This document shows positions 10,512 through 22,706 of a DNA stretch of 38,824 nucleotides, in pieces (position 1 is the stretch's first letter; each line of letters begins with the position of its first letter). The notes below the pieces were generated by a model. That model did no database searches, was not told the origin of the DNA, and worked only from the letters and a program-made list of their open reading frames with translations. Origin of the DNA: Tubiluchus corallicola (Eukaryota; Animalia; Priapulida). The DNA is taken from contig JAQGDQ010000717.1 in the NCBI GenBank assembly GCA_030141605.1, positions 1 to 38,824 of the forward strand, in the 5' to 3' direction. The position numbers were made by a program, and so were the translations under genes.

Positions 10512-13500
10512 ATAGCACGTAAAGTGCATATACTAGCATGTGTACAAGAGTTGGACCTAGCTAGAGTGCCAGAGCAAGATTCATTTATATCACTACTAGC
10601 AATTCACAATGTTTTTTTTGTTATTAATTCATGTATCTTACAATATCTTTTTGTACCTCTATATGAGATTTGACGTGTTTAAAGCACAGGAAAACCTTCC
10701 ACTCACGTATTGCCTCTTTGCGTACAGGCCTTGCGTCGGCAGTAACGATGACCGTTAGACTGATCCATTTTCATGATAAGTCATTTGAAACACGTTAAAA
10801 TTACTGTATCTTGTCAATAAAATTAAAAATAAGCTTTTTGATTACTGAGTGGCGCACCCTGGGCGTGAGTCAGCGACATTTTAGCAATTGGTTAATCATT
10901 TAAAATAAATAATAATTTTCTTTTCTATTTACACAAGTCTTTCGAGCAGGCAAGCGAAATGTTAAGTACTATGATTTTGCATGTGAAGTTTTTTGGGACA
11001 GTTTAACATTTCCTTTTCTTCCTCTGATTTGAGTCTGCGTGACGTCACGTAATGGCGTCGTCGGTACAGTGTCGCGGGAAATTTAAAATAAAAACAAACA
11101 AAAATCATTTCAACGCGAATACGATATACACAAAAAATTGCTATAAAATTCTAATACAATTTTTAAGGCGATTTTAAAACGTGCTTCAGGTACCCCTTTT
11201 AAATTTAAATTTAAACATTTAAATAGAAGTGAAAAAAGAATTTTGCTCTGGTATGTGAGAGAAAACTAAAGATTTGGGTTACTTAAATACTTTCACATTT
11301 ATAACAACAATTTCAACCACTCAAGATTTGAGATGTTTGAAGTACTGCAGCTAATAAATATATTTGCCTTAGTATGCATCACTATTAATCACTTTATCGT
11401 TATTAGTATTTTATACTTTGGCAATTTACAATCTTATTTCAAAGGAAAAGTCAAAACTTCTAGGAAGTTAGGCTAATTTCAAAGTTTGCGTAAAACGTTA
11501 AAAGGATTTAGCAATAAAACTGCAATAAACGTTTTGTGTACCTAGCGAAATCACTTTAAAGTCGCCATCACTTCATGCTTAGGCGCTCCTATTTTGAATG
11601 CCCATTCTTCTTCCAATGACGTCATTCATCAACTGAAGAAAAGTAATGCACTGTCAATCTTATTCAAAAGTATAATAAGTTTGTGCAAAAAATTAGGTAG
11701 CTGATTTTTTTATCATTTTTCGTGAACATTAGGAAATCTGCAGAAATTTCAAAAAGTTTAAGCAGCAGTTACGCAAAGCCACGAAGCGCTTACGAAAAAT
11801 CACGAAGTCTACCAGTTACGTCATGATTTTCAAGTGAATGGCGGGAACTGCCACTCTTGAAAATTTCTATTCAGAGGGAGTATATTTTAAATTTATGCTT
11901 TATAGGTAGTTCTTTGCAAATTTCTTTGTTACATTTTTCTAGGTTTAAGTGATAATAGTAAAGTAAATTCAATTTACAGAGCGACTTGGTCTTTCCTTTA
12001 ACATTTTTAGAGAATATATAAATGTGCGACAGATTTTGTTTGTTTGACACAAATATTTAAATATCTATTATCGAATAATACATTAAATAACTTCCCAGCA
12101 GCGCAATTTGTTTGTTTATTACGGCTTTAGTTGAAGCAGTAAGCGATAGGGCGCGCTGAAAACAGAGATCTTTCCACGGAAAATAAAACATCACAAATTA
12201 ATGAGAATTTTTCTATAAAACTTCGCACACACAATTCGCAATTCGATCACGTTCTGAAACGTCTTGTACAATTTTCCTGGAAAATATTAATCACGTTATT
12301 TAAGAACACAAACTTTTTCACCGAAATACGCGCTTTTCACATCAAAAGAAAAAATTTCGCACAATCTCACCAAACGTTTTCACGTTTTATACTTTAGAGG
12401 TTTACACAGCAAGTGGTTTGCTTGAGTTACTCTCGTCTAATAACCCCAGAAACTGCACGCTTGATGCTGTCGCGCTTTGATGCTGGCGCATAATAACGGA
12501 ATGCATAGCGAATTTGCGCAAAAATTTGCTAAATAAGTAATTTTTGTTTTTCCGTTAGAAATTTGAAACGTGTAACTAATGATTTTAATAAACTAATTTT
12601 AAATTAAATCCGGATAAACTGAATAGAACTTGCCTGCGAAATGTGCGCATGATTTTTGCAGTTATTGATTCCTCATGGTTTTATATTTTTAGTCATTCCT
12701 TTCGCGTTTTCTTGACAAGATGGTGCAGGTTGCTATAAATATATTACACTAAAATTATTTAATATGACAAAACGAAAAATAAACAGCAATTCAAAGATTT
12801 TCAGAATATTGAGCTGGACAGGTGAAAGTGCATTGGACAGTTCTATTCATACGTACCAGACCAACCAACCTACAGGTAATGTTATGACCTCCACTTTAAA
12901 CTAGGAAGCCCATAACATTACCTGCGATTGGTTGAGCAGTGGTTTCTTGTGGAAAGAACGAACACGTGACATCGTCAGTTGTCTTCTGGTTGTCGTGGAA
13001 TGCACTTCTCCTGTCTGCTTGCCGAGTGTCGTGGATTCCGTAAGGTTTGAAGCATTGTCATCAGGTTTTGTTTTTTTTTCCATTGTGTTGTACTTCTCAG
13101 CCGTCTCTTTTGATTTCTAAGTTTTGGTTTAGTTGTTTCTTTTTTTTAATTTCTGGAGTGTCCGTTATGCAGCGCTTACCGGCATCACCGATGGCAGGCC
13201 GTAAGGCTATCTGCCGGGTCGAACCCGGGAACAATATTACCTAAAAAAGACAAAATGCACCCTGTTATAATACAAAAAATCGCAATGTAAAAGATAGCAG
13301 CTAGCGCTTTTTTTCGCGCTCAGTAGATAGCAGCACTGTGCAACTAATCTGAACTCTTGGTACAGCTTGTCTAGAAGCAAAAATAGCACAGTATAGTGTG
13401 CTGTCAGAATTTGCGGCTAGCTAGATTTTAGTGCAAAAATTGATTTTTGTGACTTGTCAACTTGTGGGTGCAGAATTCAAAAATGATAGTCTCAATTTTT

Positions 13501-13613
13501 TTTCGTGCACGTATTCGGCTGCCATTTTGCATTTAAAAATGGCTGTCACTTACTTTTAAAAATTAATCTTGCTGCTAAGTTCGCTAGGTTCAATATTTTT
13601 CTCCTAAATAAGG

Positions 13614-13764
<151 letters not shown>

Positions 13765-14229
13765 AGGAGGGGGAAAGCTAAAAGCGCATTTAGTAGTTTT
13801 CAGAAAAGTGGGCGTGGCTAAGTCACATGTCGGGACCAAATGTCCAAATAGGTTCAAATGTCTTTGTCGCTCAATTTCTCTTACAGCAATTAGCTGGGAT
13901 TCCGTGCTTTTGCATTTGTGGATGGTTGTAGGTGTACACTAAACTTGTATTTCCAAAATGTGGGGGCAAGTCACGTGACGTCCAAGAACGTGTAAACACA
14001 CGTCCATGTCAATAACTGAGAATGTTTAGCAGCTCGAATCATAGAATCTGGAATACCTCAACGCCTGGCGTACCTTGCAGTAACCTTGAACTAAAGTATC
14101 AAGGACATTGGACATAATGGCATTTGTCTTCTCGAATATCTAATAACTCACAAGCTTGAGCACCTTGAATCATGTAATTTAGAGGATATACACCTATAGT
14201 ATGGACTCAAACAGCAGTGCAAACTTGTT

Positions 14230-14628
14230 GATTCTCGGTAAAAGGATCATGATAAGCATGCTTTTTTCACGTCTTTGGTATAACTGTGCACAAATTACAG
14301 CAATAACGTGCATATGTTACTGTTCTAGTAGCATGAAGCAATATTCGATCATCACGTTTTTGCTCACCAGGTCAAAACACGGAGCTCTCTTCATATGCAT
14401 GTGCTGTCAAACGGGTGCAATTCATCACAAACTAACACATTTTAAATGAGAGTAACAACAGCTGTTTTTTGTGATATGCGTTTCCGAAATGCTGGCACTT
14501 GCATTTGTGTTGTAATCATTCTTTCACATAAATTATTTTTGAAAAAATAGTATGTTTGCTTTCAAAATCTTAAATAATAGATTATTCTGAGCTACATTAT
14601 AATATTGGGCAAGGTTTTACTTTAAGAC
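14230..14628 (+). repeat. Diverged partial copy of the dispersed repeat at 32985-33833 and 35330-36170
   Basis: Shared blocks, e.g. attctttcacataaattatttttgaaaaaatagtatgttt and ggttttactttaaga. Confidence 0.7.
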
Positions 14629-14689
14629 TGTGAAGATTGGGAGTAGTACACACCCTACAGAAAGAGCAGTATACTATACCAATTACCAG

Positions 14690-15120
14690 ATGATAAAATG
14701 CTTTCCAATCTTGCCATTACGTTCAGTGAATGTAGGTGTGAAGATGTAATCGATGCATAATGCGATTTAATTACTAAGCATCGTCTTAAAGTTGGTAAAC
14801 GTTTTATACCACAAACTAAGCCTAATGATTCCAAACAGGGTAGCAATCACATTGCGGGTTGGAATGTTCAAATCAAACTGTTATGTTAGCGGGCTTTTTT
14901 GTGGCCCTGAATCTGGTATGAAAATAACAAGCGGAGACAAGATATAATAGCTGATATAAATCGTAAGACGCGCAGTCAGTACCATCATAAAATTCGCCAA
15001 GTAATTCGCAATCAAAATACATTACGCAACAAGAAAATAGCTGAGAATTTTGCATTAAATACTAAAAGGAATTTATTGTCTGAGATCAACAAAGGAACCT
15101 CTGGCAAACAACGTTGATGG
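14690..15120 (+). mobile_element. Non-LTR retrotransposon ORF2 fragment (endonuclease-RT linker, RTE-X-like)
   Basis: Degraded translation IAGWN....RAF.W..IW......IIADINRKTRSQYHHKIR....LRNKKIAENF...RNLLSEINK resembles the 'PGWN...ALFWH.IW...IMR.TRA.YH..IR' linker motif. Confidence 0.6.
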
Positions 15121-15996
15121 AAATGATATACTGAAACTCACTATACGGACGTTTACCAAAATTTTGACCATAGAATAGATGACTCGGTTGGCCCATTTAT
15201 GGCAAATCTCATAGGTATGAACACAGCTGGATTATGCCGTAGTACGAGGGAGCTTTCATGGTGTACACAGAAGTTGTAAAAAATCATTACAAAATCGTTT
15301 TATATAAACTAAAGCCAAAATAACGGCAAAGCAGACGCATTCACATAAATTAATCATAAAAAATTGACTGTGGAATAGCATTTTGGGCTGTAAGATCATT
15401 CATATTGTGCAAATTTGTAAAACTAATAATTACTACGCATAATTATAGCATTACATATCGCGCCTAGCATTGCAAATTACGTGAAACTGTTCAACAGCAT
15501 TGGAACAGAGAAAAATTCTTTGCAAAGGTTGTATAACCAGTTCCGCTGAGAAAAGGAAAAATTCGCATTTGTAATCATCGTACGATGTCAACTAGCGATT
15601 GCAATGTTAAAAAAAAGGAAAAATTGACTTGTCGTTAGGTTTAGATAGTCATCACGTAATCAATGGTCCCAGCATGTTATTTGAAACAAAACCGGACCGA
15701 TGTTTAAACTGTAGATCCAAACAATCTACTCTTTAAAATATTGAAAGTAAACATGCTATTTTTTCAAAAATCACTTACGTAAAAGAATTATTACCATACA
15801 AACACAATTTCATTTTCACGCCACTAGTTCGGGATCCTGCATTTCGGAAACACATTGTTGGAATGTTGGAAAACTTCTAATGCGCTAATATGCCACGTAG
15901 AACACACAAAAACGAATCACAACTCTTATATGAGGCTTACATCACACGCACTTTTACCACTGCAACACTGACCCTCAACAAGGTTCTAAGCCACTA

Positions 15997-16484
15997 AACC
16001 CGCCAAATCTACCATACTGCCAAACCCGCCAAGTCTGCCATAATGCCAAATCCGCCAAGTCTGCCATAATGCCAAATCCGCCAAGTCTGCCATAATGCCA
16101 AAGCCGCCAAGTCTGCCATAATGCCAAAGCCGCCAAGTCTGCCATAATGCCAAAGCCGCCAAATCTACCATACTGCCAAAGCCGCCAAGTCTGCCATAAT
16201 GCCAAAGCCGCCAAGTCTGCCATAATGCCAAAGCCGCCAAATCTACCATACTGCCAAAGCCGCCAAGTCTGCCATAATGCCAAAGCCGCCAAATCTACCA
16301 TACTGCCAAAGCCGCCAAATCTACCATACTGCCAAAGCCGCCAAGTCTGCCATAATGCCAAAGCCGCCAAGTCTGCCATAACGCCAAAGCCGCCAAATCT
16401 ACCATACTGCCAAAGCCGCCAAATCTACCATACTGCCAAAGCCGCCAAGTCTGCCATAATGCCAAAGCCGCCAAATCTACCATA
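15997..16484. repeat. 26-bp minisatellite, 19 units of two variant types
   Basis: Units gccaaagccgccaagtctgccataat (A) and gccaaagccgccaaatctaccatact (B). Confidence 0.97.
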
Positions 16485-16912
16485 TATAACGAAGCTTTAT
16501 GTTTATGAAGGGTTTTTTGTGCTCTAAACAGATTATTTGCGAAAATCCTGAATAGAAGGTTAGAAAAATTTCTGAGAGATAATAACATTCTGGATGAAAG
16601 TTGGAAAATGCTGTCGTACCAGTGCTCATATGTTTACATTAAAAACACTTAAATTTCTGAAACGAAATTATAAACTTTATTGTTGTTTCGTTGATTTGCG
16701 TAAAACCTTTGATTCAGTTTGGTGAATTAAAAACAGAATTATAAGTGGTTATTTCCTTAAGATTTAAGATTTCGTAATTTAAGATATAAGATTTCGTAAC
16801 ATATGTTCTCTAAAACTAATCACTCGCTTGTGAACTAGCAAGAGATTTACCATCCTCCTCAGGTGTTAAGCAAGGATGTAAGTTGAGCCCAGCTCTCTTT
16901 TCCTTGTATATC

Positions 16913-18415
16913 TGTAGCGTCCATTTCATCTTCCCACATAAGTGGACTCGTGCAGTGGCTTGCGTCATGTGAGTGTGGTGTTTGTTCAGTTGGTCTGTCA
17001 GTTGGTTGGTCATGCCATTCGCAGAGTTTGGAAAGAAAACACAAACTCTACTCATTTTAGCCCTTTTATGCTGTGAATATCATTATGTATTCTACCTTTT
17101 GTTCAAATGTGAAAGTAGAATAACATTAGCATTAAAAAGATCTTATCTATAACCTGTAAACGATAATGGCCATTAGCCAAGCTTAGTAAGTACTGTGGGA
17201 GGGCCAGTTTAATCGCTTGTAATGATAGCTGTAGGAAGCCAGCGTATACCGACTACTCTCGCAGGTATCAAAAAGAGGTCAGCAACTTTACTCCAGGTAC
17301 GGCACGTAAACTGATATGACGTGCAAGTAGTATAGTCCACGTAGTCAGTTATAACGTATGGTGACTTTGTCATGAAGTCTGAAACGATTGGACAACTGAG
17401 TGGGCAGATGTTTTTGGTGGTAGAGATTTCCACAAAGTTTGGTGACAATTAAGACCTTGTCTCATTGCTGTGATCGTATTGTTGGGAAGTGCTATTGGTG
17501 TGCCGACAAACCGTTTGGAAGCGGATCCATGTTTGAGGTGACGAGGCACCCCCAGTACGGTGCAAGAACCCAGAGACTGTAAGTTGCACGATTTAGTATT
17601 TGCTTAACTGATGCTAGCAGTTGCGTGGAAGCTGAACTTAGCAAGGAGGCGCATCCATGTTTGAGGTGACGAGGCACCCCCAGTACGGTGCAAGAACCCA
17701 GACACTGTAAGTTGCACGATTTAGTATTTGCTTATCTGATGCTAGCAGTTGCGTGGAAGCTGAACTTAACCGCCTTGCTGTTCAAGAAATTTGTGATGAC
17801 ATTAATGTACACTGAGCTGCAACCTCATCATAGAGGCGCCCTACGTTAGAATTAGTAGACCTAGTAGTACTACGCAACCTCCATGGTGTATTTTCTAAGT
17901 GTGATAATACCGGTTGATCGTCATAGCGCTAGCGAGGACTATATCATTTGGGGTGGCATGTAGTTAGGCAAATAGGTACCCCTTTTAGTTAGGTTTAGCT
18001 GTTGTGCATTATTTTCCAATTTATTTGTTTGTTTATCGTCTTGATAGTGTAAGTAAATACTGTAATATTTAGCGCATTCGAACGTAGTTGAATTAGTGTT
18101 TGATTAATGATAGTGTTTTCGTTTACATACATTTTTTTGTTTGTTTACTTAATAATTATTTCTTCAATATTTAGGCGATTGATTGTTTGTGCATTAGTTG
18201 CCTACGCATTGGCATTTGCATTATCACAGCGAGTACAACAGATTGCTCCAAGCAAAGTAAACTGCACATCCCACACCGGAACCACTCTGCTCAATAGACA
18301 GGCTCCCCCGTAGATGATTGGTCGCCCCTTTCTTTAGCTCAGTCAGGCCAGTCAAATTGTTACCCAGCGACTACCTTCGATCAAACAAACTACCCCCAGA
18401 CGTCAGATCGTTACA
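16913..18415. mobile_element. Solo LTR (~1.5 kb)
   Basis: TGTAGCG...CGTTACA termini; perfect TSD ATATC (16908-16912, 18416-18420); splits a LINE RT motif; no recognisable coding content. Confidence 0.85.
17525..17769. repeat. 128-bp tandem duplication inside solo LTR
   Basis: atccatgtttgaggtgacgaggcacccccagtacgg... at 17525 and 17653, nearly identical. Confidence 0.95.
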
Positions 18416-19272
18416 ATATCAATGAGTTGCCAACGGTTTTCATATCAAACGAACGCGTACCCGTCAATCTAGGCAATTTTGAAACCAACTGTCTCCTCTA
18501 TGACTCGATGATGTGGTCTCGCTTTCTTGTTCCCAGTCAGGATTGCAAAAATGATTTATTAACCTGGATAATTATTGTAGCAAATTGAAGTTAACACTAA
18601 ACAGACAGAAATTGTTATTTTTAACAAAGCAGACAGAATTTTAAAAGACTTAAACTTTTCTCTCTGATCAGGTGAAGGTAGTCCAATCCTATCAATATTC
18701 AGGGCTCGAATGCTTTGCACCTGGTGCTTTAAGGCAAAGCTGTAAGAAAAAGTAAATTTTAAACTGCGCAAACCCACTTACTATTATCAAGTTATTTGAA
18801 TACTGTAGAATATATGACTCTTGTTTATGGGGATTGGGCATTATTAAAATTAAAACCAATTTCCCGCATATTCAACCTAAATTTGACAGTGTGCCAAGCG
18901 AAGAGGCCAATATTAAATTATGCAGATTTCTTTTGAATGTCAATAATAAATCAAGCAAATATGCTCTAGGGCGCCTAGTGGGACTTTCGGAAGAAGATAT
19001 ATAGCTCTTTAGAAAGAGGAGGAACAGTGCTACACGACGATGTGGCCTATATTTTAGGACACGTCCACCAAGGGGAGTACCGACGAGTTAATTAGATGTT
19101 CTATTTTTCGTTACCGCTGACGCAAAGCCATTGTTGTGACGTCATCCATTATACTCTGTTTATAAACTTATAGCTTTAATTCAGTAAAAAGTTGCTGCTG
19201 CTTCCTTTGCGTGATAAAAACGAGGACTAGGTAGGATGTTCGCGTATTTTTGATTATACGTGTAAATTCATA

Positions 19273-19301
19273 CGCAAAATTTTTTGCGGGGCCTTTGCTA
19301 G
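19273..19301 (+). mobile_element. Helitron-like 3' terminus
   Basis: Hairpin CGCAAAA-tt-TTTTGCG, 9-nt spacer, CTAG followed by T; same motif as 26777-26805. Confidence 0.6.
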
Positions 19302-20369
19302 TAACAGTATTAATACCTTTCAAGTTCATTTTTCCTTGTCCCCAAGCAAGATTCTGCTAGTAAATCACTCTACGCACAGACTAATGCATAACTAAGTAAA
19401 GTCCATGTAAAACAACTGAAGTTACTGAACTGATGCGGGAGAGCGCTTTGCTTTTGCCTCACATCATTGTGACCGTTGTAGTTGAGACGAGTTGCTGTGG
19501 TACACTTAACCTTTGACCTACAGCAATTGCGCGTGCGCACAACGAAACTGTTATTGAAGTTCAACAATAAAACTATTATAGTGACGTTATAGTGCAAAAT
19601 GTTGTTAAGCAATGATCACTAGTGCAAAGGATCTTGGTCTTGGTTTCAAACTTTCTCATGCCTTCACCCTACAAAGATTAAGCACGGTTTCATAAGGTTT
19701 CATGAGTGTTAGCTTATTAGATTATGTAGTTTTCCTTTCAATGGTGCAACTAAATTAAATTTGTAAAATGTTGAACTATACTAATTACGATAACAGTTTA
19801 CACGTTGCAAATAAGCAAACTGCTATTTAAGCAATTGGTACACTAACTCTATTCAAAGCTGCGCTTTTCGTAATCAAATTAGTTAGTTAGTTGGTAGATG
19901 AGCTAGTTATTTAGTCAGTCAGTCAGTTCGTTGTTCTGATACAGCAATAGCTTACATTTCTGGTGAAATGCTACGAAACATTAGCATAACAATGGAATCA
20001 GTGACCAGCACGTTTTAAAAATATCTAAAAAATTTACTAAAATCTTAAAATATTAAAACTTTTTATTATTTTTTTCAAGTTGTTGTAAAAGAATTGCCGC
20101 ATGCAATATTTGAATAGACTGAGAAAAATGTGAGTTGGATACAAAAACAAATGCATCTAAATTAAATATTTCTCAATATTGAATACGAACTGGAAATGCT
20201 CAAGCGAATTTCAAACTGATCCACATACATTTTAGCATTTCTTGATTAAATCCTTGTCTATATATGTGGATGAAAATAACGTTATCAAAAACTCATTAGG
20301 TAATTAACTATAATAACCCATTTGCATTTCTGGCTATTTGGGTCACTGAGTAGCTGCTCAATTCAATTG

Positions 20370-20371
<2 letters not shown>

Positions 20372-20427
<56 letters not shown>

Positions 20428-20433
20428 GCACGA

Positions 20434-20465
<32 letters not shown>

Positions 20466-20466
20466 A
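20372..20466. repeat. (CA)n microsatellite, interrupted
   Basis: Directly visible. Confidence 0.97.
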
Positions 20467-20759
20467 AACGAGCGAATGAACACGTGCACACACGTATATA
20501 CTGACTAATCGCGATGACTAATGTATACCGCTACGAAGGCTGCGCTATTTTTTTCCCCGCGAGAGGCGCAAAGAGCGCTTCATGACTTTTCCCGCAGGAC
20601 TCAAATAAGTTAATTACTCATTAATTAAGCAACGCAGCGCAAAAATTTTTCTGCCGAATTACTGTCGGGTTAGTCAGTTGTAAAACATGTTCAACTTGAT
20701 TTTCGTGATATCCCTCCTTTAAAGATGAAGACAAAGATTGCTCTCAAAGCTTGGATTCC

Positions 20760-21265
20760 AAAACTTGAAAAATACGCTAATGCTCCAAGCAAATAGTGGT
20801 AGAGACACTTATTTTCTTTTCTTGGGACTGCAAATATTTTGCAAAGCTAATTTTGCAAAGAACAGAGAAGAGCTAATATCTTAAAGCTATTAGTGGTAGA
20901 GAGCGCCTATTTTCTGTTCCTGGCCGAGCAAATATTTTGCAAAACTAGTTATCAAAGGAGAGAAAGTTTGAGAACACTCTGGCCTTGGGAAGAGCAAATA
21001 ATTGTCGAAGCTATTAGCGGGCGAGAGCGCATTCTTCTACCTGAGTAAATATTTTGCAATGGAAATTTTCAAAAGAACAGAAAGTAGGAGAGCACTCACC
21101 CCCTGGGAAGAGCAATTAGATGCACAGAGCGCTTATTGTGTTCTAGCAGAGTAAATGTTTGGCAAAGCTAATTTTATAAATGACAAAAGCTTTGCGAGCG
21201 CTCACCCCCTGGGAAGAGCTTAGAACTGTTTACCTTTGAGATGACTGTCTTTTCTTTCGAAAATA
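20760..21265 (+). repeat. Diverged ~100-120-bp tandem repeat (~4 units), homologous to 27020-27460
   Basis: Recurring gcaaatattttgcaaagctaatt...gagcactcaccccctgggaagagc; both blocks begin acttgaaaaatac....ctccaagc. Confidence 0.8.
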
Positions 21266-21532
21266 AGCTCCAGAGGCTGTGATCGTAATCCTTCGTTTTT
21301 GTTCTCTTAGCGCCTGGGAAGTGAAAGGTATGCGACCCTGGGAACAGACAAAAACTGCTTTGAAGGGACTCTTCCCTGAATTTCGCTAATTCGCAAGCGC
21401 CATTTCTATTTTACCTGTGAAAGAAGATTATCTTTACAGAGTAAAAAGTGGTGAAAATTTTCCACCAACATGTTAAGTTTTGCAATTTTAAATTTTATGA
21501 ACTAAAGTGCATGTTCCATTTTAATAACTGCT

Positions 21533-21725
<193 letters not shown>

Positions 21726-22706
21726 GAAGAAGAACAATATGATTATTATCAAAATATAAAAACTATCAAAATATCAAAGGTATCAAAACTTACGAATTCG
21801 ACAGTTTTAAAAGTAATGCCCAACAATTAGATTTTGACGAATGTATGAAAAACCGATGAAAATTAAGCTGTAGTGATAAAATGTTGAATAAACCGCTAGG
21901 GTACAGTACGTGTCACTCAATATCGTCTATCATTTGAAGTTAAAAATCTTATATACGAATAAACTGATTGCCAGATTATACAGAAAATTTGAACAATTAA
22001 ATACAGGGTCGCCCAGAAAACGCTGCCCCCCCCCCATAGTTACTAGTAACTTTTCATCCTGGACCAGGCGTTTGTAAAAGAGCTCTCGTCAAAGTCTAGC
22101 CCGTTTTCTCCTTTTTCCAGAAAACTACAAATTTCTATCCAAGTATAATAGCATTACATTACATTTCATTACTATATACAAAATGACAATACAGTAATTG
22201 TAGCCACTTTTATAAACTATGATACTATATCAAAATTAGATACAAGAAAACAAGGTCATCACCAACTGCAGCTCTAGTACTTGGTGACAAGGCGTTTTGC
22301 GTGAATATGAGCAGTATAACAGCAACAGACTTTCAACGTTTTTATCACTATGAGAATTTCATAAACCAACTTCTTCGAGAAGAAATGAAGCAACAGACTT
22401 GCATGAATTTTTGTAATTTTTAATAATAATAATCAGATTTTTTGGGATTTTTTCCTTTTTTTATCAATTCACTTATATAAATTATGTTTCATAAATATTT
22501 GCAAATGGGTATTTTTGTTATTAATTTGTTTCTAAAATTCATTTGAAGTCTTTGCAATGCATACTAAGGTGATGAGTTACACTCATACTTGTATAGTAGT
22601 AATATATTCAACCCGTCGGGTAATTGACTCAGTGAGTTAATTGGGTCAAAACACTTCAGTCCCAAAATGAGTCTGATAAGCGGCGCCTACTGTAGTGGAA
22701 ACATAA

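Larger units (their letters stand above)
16490..18975 (+). mobile_element. Degraded LINE reverse transcriptase, interrupted by a solo LTR at 16913-18415
   Basis: LFAKILNRRLEKFLRDNNIL; KLYCCFVDLRKTFDSVW; SGVKQGCKLSPALFSLYI | NELP...NCLLY(A)DDVV...SGLQ; later KLCRFLLNVNNKSS. The frame rejoins across the insertion (YI-NEL). Confidence 0.85.

Noticed and set aside
13213-13230. tRNA T-arm/B-box-like CCGGGTTCGACCCGG on the minus strand
   Set aside because: No A box, cloverleaf or second copy to support a tRNA or SINE.
15997-16484. CRISPR-like array or repeat protein
   Set aside because: No unique spacers, no cas genes, eukaryotic context; the 26-bp unit is simply stop-poor.
22002-22025. TACAGGGT Tc1/mariner-like terminus
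   Set aside because: No matching opposite TIR or transposase found.
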